A stretch of DNA of 64,000 nt from NCBI GenBank assembly GCA_965237415.1, contig CBDEFM010000002.1, positions 864,001 to 928,000 of the forward strand, read 5' to 3'. A program made the translations under genes and the position numbers. How positions within the stretch are numbered: position 1 is the first letter of the stretch; the number at the start of each line of letters is the position of its first letter. The notes under the pieces were generated by a model, which ran no database searches, had not been told where the DNA came from, and saw only the letters and a program-made list of their open reading frames with translations. Shown piece by piece: positions 39,813 through 48,893 of the stretch. This stretch comes from Alphaproteobacteria bacterium (GTDB lineage Bacteria; Pseudomonadota; Alphaproteobacteria; UBA828).

Positions 39813-40331
39813 AACCGGAACTGCGCAAGACCGCTTCCCCCGTCGGCTCTAGTCTAAAATCCACTATGTTTCCGAATACACCAGTATTGAGAGTCAGAAC
39901 CGAGTAGCGGACGCCGCCGAACGTAAATTGTCTATTGGTCAATGCTCCTACAGTTTGGGATAGATCACCGCTAAAGTCGGGATGCCAGTAACCCACATTG
40001 TTGAATCCTCCAGAGAAGTTCTCCTGCCCCACTGTCAGCGTGATGCACCAGATGTCCAATGGGTCGGACGGATCGCAGGGGTCCGCGCTGGAGCGCGGAA
40101 TCGTGCCGTTGACCCGCATTTTATGACTGAAGAGGTGGACTCGGTGTAGGTACCGGTACCTGCCGGGGTCCGAGAGTGGACCCCATTGCGAATGCTCCAG
40201 TCCCCGGCAGAGGTGTTGTCCTCGTCGTTCGACGTGGTAGTCACCACCTGCAAGTTCTGGTTAGAGCTGCTGGTGATCACGACAAAGAGATCGGTGTTAA
40301 AGCCGAGAACCGTGCTCGCGGGAGCCGTAAA
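39813..40331 (-). pseudogene. Fragment of a large repetitive surface/secreted protein
   Basis: Thr/Ser/Gly-rich beta content, DIWCITLTVG...VGALTNRQFTFGG; frameshifted and cut by IS256 on both sides. Confidence 0.45.
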
Positions 40332-41915
40332 GAGCTATGGCCAGAAGTTGGTGACGGGGTGAAGGGTTAAGGCGGCGTATCGTGGGGGTAATCGAGCCTC
40401 CACTTCTCCAACGAAGGAGTGATACGCCGTGAGTGACAATAACGTTTCCTGCTTATCCATGAAGCTCAGCAAGGCTGCCGAGACGCAACGTATGAGCCAT
40501 CGCGGTTTCCAGTCGCTGTGCCATATCCGAGTCCGCACCGTGCAACTCCCGCCTACGTCGTTGTGACCTCGTCGGACTTAGACACGAGCAGGAACAAGGC
40601 ATCGGTGAGCGGACTTTCATGGATAAGCAGGTAACGTTTTGAAGCTTTCCCAGCCATCGACGTTTTCCGATCGGTTGACCGAGGTGCTGCGCAGCGGCGC
40701 CCGGTCCCTGCTGGCGCGGGCGGTCGAGGCGGAGGTTGCCGGGTTCCTTGATGGCCACTCCGAGGCGCGCACCGAAGAAGGCCGCCGACGGCTGGTGCGC
40801 CACGGCCACCTGCCCGAACGCGAGATCATGACCGGCATCGGCCCGGTTGCGGTTCGCGCGCCACGCGTTCGCGACCGCACGGGCCAGGGCGCCGACCGCA
40901 TCCGGTTCAGCTCCGCGCTCCTGCCGCCTTATGTGCGGCGCTCGAAGAGCCTCGAAGTCCTGATCCCCGTGCTCTACCTCAAGGGCATCTCCACGGGCGA
41001 CTTCGCCGAGGCGCTGGCGGCCTTGCTCGGGCCGGACGCCGGCGGCCTGTCGGCCTCGACCGTGGCGCGGCTCACCGAGGTTTGGGCGGACCAGCACGCG
41101 CACTGGCTGAAGCGGGATCTGTCGGCCAGGCACTATGTCTACTTCTGGGCCGACGGCATCCATGTGCAGGCCCGGCTCGAGGACGATGCGCAATGCCTGC
41201 TGGTCATCATCGGCGCGACGCCGGAGGGTAAGAAGGAACTCGTAGGCCTCATCGACGGGGTGCGCGAGAGCGCCCAATCGTGGCGCGAGCTGCTACTTGA
41301 CCTCAAACGGCGCGGGCTTGCGGTCGCGCCCGAACTCGCCATCGCCGACGGCGCGCTCGGCTTCTGGAAGGCGATCGAGGAGGTGTGGCCCCGGACCCGC
41401 AGCCAGCGCTGTTGGGTGCACAAGACCGCCAACGTGCTCAACAAGCTGCCCAAGAGCCAGCACTCGAAGGCAAAGCGTGCTCTCCAGGAGATCTGGATGG
41501 CCGAGACCAGGAACGACGCAGACAGCGCCTTCGACGCCTTCATCGAGACCTGCGCCGTCAAATACGACAAGGCGGCCGCCTGCCTGGTCAAGGATCGCGC
41601 GACGATGCTGGCGTTCTACGACTTTCCCGCCGAGCATTGGAAGCATCTGCGCACCACCAACCCCATCGAAAGCACAGTCGCCACCGTGCGACACCGTACC
41701 GTGCGATCCAAGGGATGCCTCTCCAACAAGACGGCGCTCGCCATGGTCTTCAAACTCGCCCAGGCGGCACAGAACAGTTGGCGCCGCCTCGACGGACACA
41801 ACCAGTTGCCCAAGCTGATCGTCGGCGTAAAGTTCATCGACGGAATCGAAGCCGTCAGGCAACAACCTCAAGCCGCCGCCTGACCCAAACCGTCACCAAG
41901 ATTCGGCTATAGCTC
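40332..41915 (+). mobile_element. Second IS256-family IS; transposase disrupted at its 5' end by a MITE
   Basis: TIRs GAGCTATGGCC / GGCTATAGCTC; transposase ends at 41883; native N-terminus (VSDNNV) separated by the MITE. Confidence 0.9.
40448..40631. mobile_element. 184-bp MITE (type B), IS1595-family ISSod11-like ends
   Basis: Perfect 16-bp TIR CCTGCTTATCCATGAA; 8-bp duplication TAACGTTT; second copy at 61234-61417. Confidence 0.9.
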
Positions 41916-42598
41916 CTGATGGCGACGCACACGCCGCTGTTCTTTGGCAGCGCGGCAGTGATGGCGTCTCCTGCGGGATTGTCGTCGCGATATCCCTGCG
42001 CGACAGCCCACTTCATCACCGCTCCGATACGCTGGCGCACCCGCCGCATGGTCTCGTTCTTCGTATGCCAGTGCGGGATCAGGACGGCCATCACGTCCGC
42101 TGTGTCGATTTGGTCGACCCGCTTCTGCCCGAGCCGCCGCATGGCGTAGTTCCTTAGGCTCGCCCGCCATTGCTTCTCGCTCTTGCCGGCGTCCTTCCAG
42201 CCTTCGCAGTGGATGCCGATCACGGTCTCGACCGCCTCGGCGAATGTCGGCACGTCCGGCTGACGTTTGAGTGCGAGCGGATCGCCGCCCGCCCGTGCAA
42301 TCTTCCGGTACTCGAAGGCCGTTTGCCGGGCTTCGGCCAGCGTGACATACGGAAAGCCACCCAACCCTGCGTCACGGCGAACGCCGTTGACGGTGCCGCG
42401 CCATATCCATTGCCTTGAGATCGATTTCCGCTTGCGCGATTGGCAAACCCGCAACCTGAGGCCGTGTTCGTCGCCGTAGACCCCAGGCTGGTCGACGTTT
42501 CGGACAAGAGCTGCCGTTAGTCGTCCTCCAGTATAGCCACAGGTCCGACGCACGGACGATTTGGTGCCTGCTCCGTCCGACGCATCCAAACCCTCCAT
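41916..42598 (-). pseudogene. Truncated P4-like tyrosine integrase (catalytic domain lost)
   Basis: RLTAALVR...GVYGDEHGLRLRV...DNPAGDAITAALPK, cut by IS256. Confidence 0.85.
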
Positions 42599-42819
42599 GG
42601 CCTAGAAGCCTTCTAAAATCGTACAGACCATTTGGTACATGGCCGGACATATCCCGTGTTACCGACACAACCCGGGCGCTCGTGTTGACGACGCGCTTGG
42701 CCGACGGTTAGACTCGCTACCCATCCGCAGCAGGACGCAACGATAACAATGGCTTGTGGGGAGGCTGAGGGGGCAGTGTCGCACTACAGCCGGGCAGTGA
42801 CGGGTTGGCAGGAGTCGGT

Positions 42820-43902
42820 ATGAGCGACATCGCCGTCGACCTGATCAACGTTACCAAGCGTTTCGGGCGGGATATCCTCGCCGTCGACGATCTGTCCCTG
42901 CACATCGCGCAGGGCGAGTACATTTCCCTCATCGGCCCATCGGGGTGCGGCAAGACCACGACGCTCCGCATGATCTCCGGCTTCGACGAACCGACCGACG
43001 GCCAGATCCTCATCGCTGGACACGACTGCACCCACCTCGAGCCGCACGAGCGCAACACCGCCATGGTTTTCCAGCACTTCGCGCTGTTCCCGCACATGTC
43101 GGTGGCGCAGAACGTCGAGTTCGGCCTGCGCATGCGCAAGGTGTCGGCGGCGGAACGCTCCCGGCGGGCGCTTGAGATGTTGCGCGCCGTTGACATCGAC
43201 GACCTGGCCGACCGCCCGATCCAGCAGCTCTCCGGCGGCCAGCAGCAGCGGGTGGGCTTAGCGCGCGCCCTAGTCACGCGCCCCGACGTGCTGCTGCTGG
43301 ACGAACCGCTGGGTTCGCTAGATGCGAACCTGCGCTTGCGCATGCAGCGCGAGCTGAGGCGCCTCAACACCGATTTCGGTGTCGCCTTCGTGCACGTCAC
43401 CCACACCCAGACCGAGGCCTTCGCGGTCTCCGACCGGGTGGTCATCATAAATCAGGGCCGGATCGAGCAGATCGGCCCGCCCGAGGAGGTGACCCACCGC
43501 CCGAAGAACCTGTTCGTCGCCCAGTTCGTGGGCAAGAACAACATCCTTCAGGGCGAGATCACCGGCGTGGAGGGGGGCATCGCCACCGTCGCCGGGCCGT
43601 CCGGCACATTCCGCGCGCGCATCGCCGACGACGCGCCGGCACGCAAGGACTGCCACGTGGTGGTGCGCGCGAGCCTCACCAATCTGGTGACCAACGGCGA
43701 GACGCCGGACAACACGGTCGAGGGCGAGGTGGCGTTCTCCATCTTCGAGACCTCGCAAATCGAGTTCAACGTCGACCTGCCGAGCGGCGACTCGCTCCGC
43801 GTGGACGAGTACGAGCCGCCGGCGACGATCACCGCGCTCAAGCGCGGCGACAAGGTGAGGGTGGGCTGGAACGCGGACGATGCCCTGGTGGTGTTCGAGT
43901 GA
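42820..43902 (+). CDS. ABC transporter ATP-binding protein (PotA-like)
   Basis: GPSGCGKTT, LSGGQQQR, LLLDEP, TOBE-like tail. Confidence 0.95.
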   Translation: MSDIAVDLINVTKRFGRDILAVDDLSLHIAQGEYISLIGPSGCGKTTTLRMISGFDEPTDGQILIAGHDCTHLEPHERNTAMVFQHFALFPHMSVAQNVEFGLRMRKVSAAERSRRALEMLRAVDIDDLADRPIQQLSGGQQQRVGLARALVTRPDVLLLDEPLGSLDANLRLRMQRELRRLNTDFGVAFVHVTHTQTEAFAVSDRVVIINQGRIEQIGPPEEVTHRPKNLFVAQFVGKNNILQGEITGVEGGIATVAGPSGTFRARIADDAPARKDCHVVVRASLTNLVTNGETPDNTVEGEVAFSIFETSQIEFNVDLPSGDSLRVDEYEPPATITALKRGDKVRVGWNADDALVVFE

Positions 43903-43962
43903 GCGCCCGGGCCACGCCGGCACGTGGGCGCGGGCGGCCGTGACCGGCGGGGCGGCAGTCAC

Positions 43963-44868
43963 GTGACGGACGTCGCACAAAGCCCTCCCAAGGCGCTTTC
44001 GCCGGGGATGACACTCACCAAGAAGCGCGCGCGCCAAGCCCTCCTGCTGGTCGCCGCGCCCACCATCCTGATGGTGCTCTTCTGCGGCATCCCGCTGGTC
44101 TCGGTCGTCGTCTTCAGCTTCTACAAGCCCTGGGCCTACGGCATGAAGCCGGGCTTCGTGTTCGACAACTACATCGAGTTCTTCGGCACCGCGACCTACC
44201 TGCAGACCCTCGGCTTCACCTTCCTGATCGCCATCATCGTGCTGCCGCTGATGGTGCTGCTCTGCTATCCCGTCGCCTACTACGTCTGCTTCTTCGTGAA
44301 GAGCGAGCGGCTCAAGCTCTACATCCTGCTTCTCTGCATCGTCCCCTTCTGGACCAGCGCGCTGATCCGCATGGTGGCGTGGCTGCCGCTGCTCGGGCGC
44401 AAGGGGTTGATCAACCAGATTCTGATGGGGATCGGCATTATCGACGAGCCGGTCGAGATCCTGCTCTACAGCCAACCCTCCATGGTGTTCTCCATGGCGA
44501 TCATCTGGTCGGTCTTCATGATCGGCCCGATCTATTTCTCCATGGCCAAGATCGACCGCCAGGTGATCGAGGCGGCGCGCGACCTCGGCGCCTCGGCCTG
44601 GACCACCTTCTGGCGGATCATCGTCCCCCTCACCAAGCCGGGTCTGGCGACCGGGATCCTTTTCGTGTTCGTCGTCATGATGGGCGAATTCGCGATCCAA
44701 AAGTTCATCGGCGGCGGCAAGACGACCATGCTGGCCAACGTGCTCATCCAGCAGCAGAGCCTCCTGCAGTGGCCCGCAGCGTCGGCGGTGGCAGTGGTCA
44801 TGGTGCTGGTCTCGATCCCAGTGATCGTGCTGATCTTCCAGTTCGTCAAGCTGCGTGAGGAGCTCTGA
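43963..44868 (+). CDS. ABC permease (PotB-like)
   Basis: TM segments, EAARDLGA loop. Confidence 0.92.
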   Translation: MTDVAQSPPKALSPGMTLTKKRARQALLLVAAPTILMVLFCGIPLVSVVVFSFYKPWAYGMKPGFVFDNYIEFFGTATYLQTLGFTFLIAIIVLPLMVLLCYPVAYYVCFFVKSERLKLYILLLCIVPFWTSALIRMVAWLPLLGRKGLINQILMGIGIIDEPVEILLYSQPSMVFSMAIIWSVFMIGPIYFSMAKIDRQVIEAARDLGASAWTTFWRIIVPLTKPGLATGILFVFVVMMGEFAIQKFIGGGKTTMLANVLIQQQSLLQWPAASAVAVVMVLVSIPVIVLIFQFVKLREEL

Positions 44869-44871
44869 GCC

Positions 44872-45753
44872 GTGCCGGAGCCCACGAGCTATCACGTCGC
44901 CAAGTTCGGCTGGGTGAAGATCGTGCTCGCGGTCTACGTGATGATCTTCGTGCTGATGCTCTACGGGCCGTTCATCGTCATGGCGATCCTCTCCTTCCAG
45001 GGCGAGAGAGGCGGGCCGACCTTCCCCATGCAGGGGACGAGCATTTTCTGGTACGAGCGGCTCTTCAACCCGTCGGGCACGGCACGCGACATCGGCGAGT
45101 ATGTCGGCGATTTCGGCAATGCCGGCCTGCGCTCGCTGGTGCTCGCGCTGCTCACCATGACCATCTCCACGGTGCTTGCCACCATGGCGGCGCAGGCCAT
45201 GCGCGCGCGGTTCGTGGGCGCCGGGCCGATCTTTTACGTCTACCTGGTCGGGATCATGATCCCGGGCGTCACGGTGGGCCTGGGTCACGCGCTCTTCTGG
45301 CAGGGCATCGGCATCGACAAGCACTGGCTGGGCACCACGCTGCCGGTCCACATCCTGTGGACCTTCCCGTTCTGCTTCATCGTGATGTTGACGGTGTTCA
45401 ACCGCTTCGACCGCTCCACCGAGGAGGCGGCGATGTGCCTCGGCGCCAACAGCTGGCGCACCTTCTGGCACATCACGCTGCCGATCATGAAGCCGGGGAT
45501 CATGGCGTCCGCGCTCTTCGGCTTCACGCTCTCCTTCGACGAATTCGCGCGCACCGTGCTGGTGTCCGGATCGCAGAACACGCTGCCCCTCGACGTACTG
45601 GGCGCGACCACGATCCGCATCACGCCACGCATCTTCGCCGTCGGCGTCATCATCACCCTCATCTCGTTCGCGGTGATCGGGATATTTGGCTACCTGATGA
45701 CCGCGAGCCGTTACCGGCCTCGCTTCACGGGCCAAGAGGAGCACCAGGTGTAG
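44872..45753 (+). CDS. ABC permease (PotC-like)
   Basis: EEAAMCLGA, FTLSFDEF. Confidence 0.92.
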   Translation: MPEPTSYHVAKFGWVKIVLAVYVMIFVLMLYGPFIVMAILSFQGERGGPTFPMQGTSIFWYERLFNPSGTARDIGEYVGDFGNAGLRSLVLALLTMTISTVLATMAAQAMRARFVGAGPIFYVYLVGIMIPGVTVGLGHALFWQGIGIDKHWLGTTLPVHILWTFPFCFIVMLTVFNRFDRSTEEAAMCLGANSWRTFWHITLPIMKPGIMASALFGFTLSFDEFARTVLVSGSQNTLPLDVLGATTIRITPRIFAVGVIITLISFAVIGIFGYLMTASRYRPRFTGQEEHQV

Positions 45754-45820
45754 TCGGGCCGGCCGGGCGCCGCCCGGACCGGATTCGATCGGAGAACGGA
45801 GACTTCAAAGGGAGGAAACT

Positions 45821-47179
45821 GTGGATAGCAAGCATCTCGAAACCAAATACGAACGTCTGTCGGATCGGATGGATCTCCATACCGCGATGGCGGCCGAAGA
45901 GAAGGCGATCAAGCGCTTCCGCGACGCCGAGGCGGAGGAGAAGACGGGCGACGGCATTGACCGCCGGACCTTCCTCGCCGCAGCGGGCGTGACCGCGGCG
46001 GCCGTTGGCACCGGCCTCAGCGCCGGCACCGCGCGCGCGGGCTTCGCGGACCGTGTGGCCGGCATCGAGCAGGACGACCCGATGCAGACCATCGGCCTCG
46101 GCGTCTCGGTGCAGGAGCGCTTCTTCAACAGGTTCAAGGAGGACACCGGCCTCGACGTGACCGGGACGGTGGCGGGCTTGAGCGAGATGATCTCCAAGTT
46201 CATCACCGGCGGCAACAAGACCTACTCGATGATCGAGACCAACGCCTACCGCCAGCCGGCGCTGCGCGAGGCCGAGGTGATCGTGCCGATCCCGGCCGAG
46301 AAGATCACCAACTGGGAGTTCGCCGATTCGCTCTATACCGAGCCCGGCCATATCGGCGCCGACGACGTGACCGGCTGGCCGTCCAAGATCGTCTATTGGG
46401 ACGAGAACAAGGACTCCTTCTACGGCGTGCCGCAGTTCTACAACATGGACGCGCTCGGCGTGCTGCCGCACAAGTTCGCGCCCACCCAGCCGGATTTCGC
46501 GATCCCCGATTCGCTCGGGCTGCTCTACACCGGCAAGTGGCGCGACGTGGATGCGACCGGCAAGACCTCGATCCAGAACGACGAGCTGATGGGGCCGCCG
46601 CGCGCCTACAGCTTCCTCTGGAAGAACGGGATCATGGACCCGCCCAAGGTCGGCAACACCGACATGCAGCCGGATGAGGTGAAGGAGGTCATCGACTACC
46701 TCATCGCCGCCAAGAACGACGGCGTGTTCCGCCTCATCTGGAACAACTACGGCGAGGCCGTGAACCTGCTCGCCTCCGAGGAGGTGTGGGGCATGGACTG
46801 CTGGAACCCGGTGGTCGAGGACGTGAAGAAGCGCGGCATCCCGTGCTGGTACGTCGATGTCTTCGAAGGCACCGCCGCCTGGGTCCACACCATGTGCCTC
46901 TCCAGCGAGGCGCCGGAGCCCGAGGTCGCCATGGCCTACATGGACTGGTGCCTCGACGGCTGGTGGGGCTCGGCGGTGGCGCCCCAGGGCTACTATTCGC
47001 CCTCGCCCGCCCCGGTGCTCAACTATCTGAGCGAGGAGGACTATCGCACCTGGTACCTGGGCAAGGGCCGCGACACCGGCCCGAAGACCAGGCGCCAGTC
47101 CAACATCGCGTTCTGGATGGTGTGGCCGACCCACGTCACCAATTACATCAAGGAGTGGAACCGCTTCAGCGCGGCCTGA
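45821..47179 (+). CDS. Tat-exported ABC substrate-binding protein (PotD/F-like) with long pre-Tat leader
   Basis: DRRTFL motif at about residue 47, AxA cleavage; GGAGGA RBS; paralog at 56200. Confidence 0.85.
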   Translation: MDSKHLETKYERLSDRMDLHTAMAAEEKAIKRFRDAEAEEKTGDGIDRRTFLAAAGVTAAAVGTGLSAGTARAGFADRVAGIEQDDPMQTIGLGVSVQERFFNRFKEDTGLDVTGTVAGLSEMISKFITGGNKTYSMIETNAYRQPALREAEVIVPIPAEKITNWEFADSLYTEPGHIGADDVTGWPSKIVYWDENKDSFYGVPQFYNMDALGVLPHKFAPTQPDFAIPDSLGLLYTGKWRDVDATGKTSIQNDELMGPPRAYSFLWKNGIMDPPKVGNTDMQPDEVKEVIDYLIAAKNDGVFRLIWNNYGEAVNLLASEEVWGMDCWNPVVEDVKKRGIPCWYVDVFEGTAAWVHTMCLSSEAPEPEVAMAYMDWCLDGWWGSAVAPQGYYSPSPAPVLNYLSEEDYRTWYLGKGRDTGPKTRRQSNIAFWMVWPTHVTNYIKEWNRFSAA

Positions 47180-47273
47180 TCCGCTCCTGTTCGACCAAGA
47201 GCGGCGCGGCCGAGAGCAAGATTATCGGCCGCGCCGCCGCTAACCGCCGCCGCTGCGCGAGGAATATCGTCGG

Positions 47274-48869
47274 ATGGCGCTGGCGCGGCCTAAGCACATC
47301 AAGACAGGCGGCGAAGCCCGCGAGGCGCTGATGGTGGGCTTCGGCCGCGCCGCGCGGCTCGCGGGGCTCACGCTCGGCCCCCACGGCGGCCGCGTGGTGC
47401 TGGAGCGCGCGGACGACTATCCCGAGCTCACCCGCGACGGCTTCACCGCGATCAGGGACCTGGAGGACGACGACCGCTTCGCGACCCTCGGCACGGAGCT
47501 GCTCAAGGCCTGCGTCAAGAAGACCCGGGACGCCGTCGGCGACGGCTCGACGACCACGGCGCTGCTCGCCGGCGCCTTCGCGAAGGCAGGACTGCGCCTG
47601 GTGGCGGCCGGGATCGACCCCCCCTCGGTGCGGCGCGGCTTCGACGGGCTCACGCGCGACGCGCTGGAAGCACTGAAGCGGCAGAGCGGCCCCGTTGGCG
47701 GCCACACGATGCTAGCCCAGCTGGCCCTCGTTGCGGCCGACGGCGACGACGAGATCGCGGGCCTCGTGGCCAAGGCGGTGGAAAGGCTCGGGCCCGAGGG
47801 CGTCGTCAACGTCTCCTATCATCAGAGCGTCGATACGACGATCGACTACATGAGCGGCATGGCCTTCGACCACGGCCTGCTGTCCCGCAATTTCCTGCTC
47901 AAGGCCGGCGAGACGGCGGTTGCGCTCGACCAGCCCCACCTGCTCATGTGCCAGGGCGAGCTGACCGAAGCGGCCCAGCTTGTGCCGGCGATGGAGGCGG
48001 CGCGCCAAAGCGGCCGCAGCCTGCTGGTGCTGGCCCAGGACGTCTCCGACCAGGCGCTCGCGGTCTTGCTCGCCAACCACCGCGAGGGGACGGTCCGCTG
48101 CGCGGCGGTGAAGGGGCCGGACTCCGGCATCTATCGCCATGTCGCGACCGACGACGTCGCGGTGCTCACGGGTGGGCGTCTGGTCGGCGAGGAAACCGGC
48201 CTATCGCCGGAGAAGATCGATGGCGCCGCGCTCGGCAGCGCCAAGCGGGCGGTCGTGGACGGGGTCTCCACCACAATCTTCAGCGGCGGTGGCGCGGCGG
48301 AGGCGGTGGAGCGGCGCGCGGCACAGCTTCGCGACGCGATCGGCCGCGAGCGCAAGAGCTACGACCGGGGCAAGCTGGAGGCGCGCCTCGCCCGGCTCGT
48401 CTCGGGCGTGGCCAACATCCGGGTCGGCGGCGTCACCGAGACCGCCTGGAAGGCGCGCCATCGCGCCTGCGAGAACGCGCTGAACACCGCCCGTGCCGCA
48501 GCGGCCGACGGTGTGGTCGCGGGTGGCGGCGTGGCGCTCGCACGCGCCGCCTTCGCCATGGAGGACGCCGCACCCGGTGCAGGCGATCCCTTGCGCCGGG
48601 CCTTCGCCCGCGCCCTGCAGGAGCCCTTCCGTCGCATAAGCGCGGCCGCCGGCTGCGAGCCGTCGCTCGCCCTCGAAGCATTGAGGCTAAAAGGGGCGGA
48701 GATCGGCTTCGACGCACGCACAGGCGCCTTCTGCCCCTATCTGGAGGCTGGCGTGGTCGATGCGGCCCGCGTAACGGCGACGGCACTCACCAACGCGGCC
48801 GTTACCGCTGGCCAGCTCTTGTCCACAGGATGCGTTGTCGCGCTGGCCCGGCGGCCGGACGCGGTGTAG
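47274..48869 (+). CDS. Divergent GroEL (Cpn60) paralog, no adjacent groES
   Basis: TLGPHG, TRDG, GDGSTT, GMAFDHG, YDRGKLEARLARL, GVVAGGG, GVVDAARV; lacks GGM tail. Confidence 0.9.
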   Translation: MALARPKHIKTGGEAREALMVGFGRAARLAGLTLGPHGGRVVLERADDYPELTRDGFTAIRDLEDDDRFATLGTELLKACVKKTRDAVGDGSTTTALLAGAFAKAGLRLVAAGIDPPSVRRGFDGLTRDALEALKRQSGPVGGHTMLAQLALVAADGDDEIAGLVAKAVERLGPEGVVNVSYHQSVDTTIDYMSGMAFDHGLLSRNFLLKAGETAVALDQPHLLMCQGELTEAAQLVPAMEAARQSGRSLLVLAQDVSDQALAVLLANHREGTVRCAAVKGPDSGIYRHVATDDVAVLTGGRLVGEETGLSPEKIDGAALGSAKRAVVDGVSTTIFSGGGAAEAVERRAAQLRDAIGRERKSYDRGKLEARLARLVSGVANIRVGGVTETAWKARHRACENALNTARAAAADGVVAGGGVALARAAFAMEDAAPGAGDPLRRAFARALQEPFRRISAAAGCEPSLALEALRLKGAEIGFDARTGAFCPYLEAGVVDAARVTATALTNAAVTAGQLLSTGCVVALARRPDAV

Positions 48870-48893
48870 GGCCTCGCTTTGCCGCGCCGGCGC

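Noticed and set aside
42600-42800. tRNA or att site upstream of the second integrase
   Set aside because: No tRNA structure visible; only a TTGACG/TAGACT promoter-like pair for the ABC operon
43318-47134. Very long opposite-strand ORFs (808 aa and 469 aa; similarly 27650-29548, 29323-31011, 18558-20225)
   Set aside because: Antisense shadows of real genes, expected in high-GC DNA; no recognisable motifs
47274-48869. Housekeeping groEL
   Set aside because: Too divergent for this highly conserved protein, lacks groES and the GGM tail; gene symbol withheld
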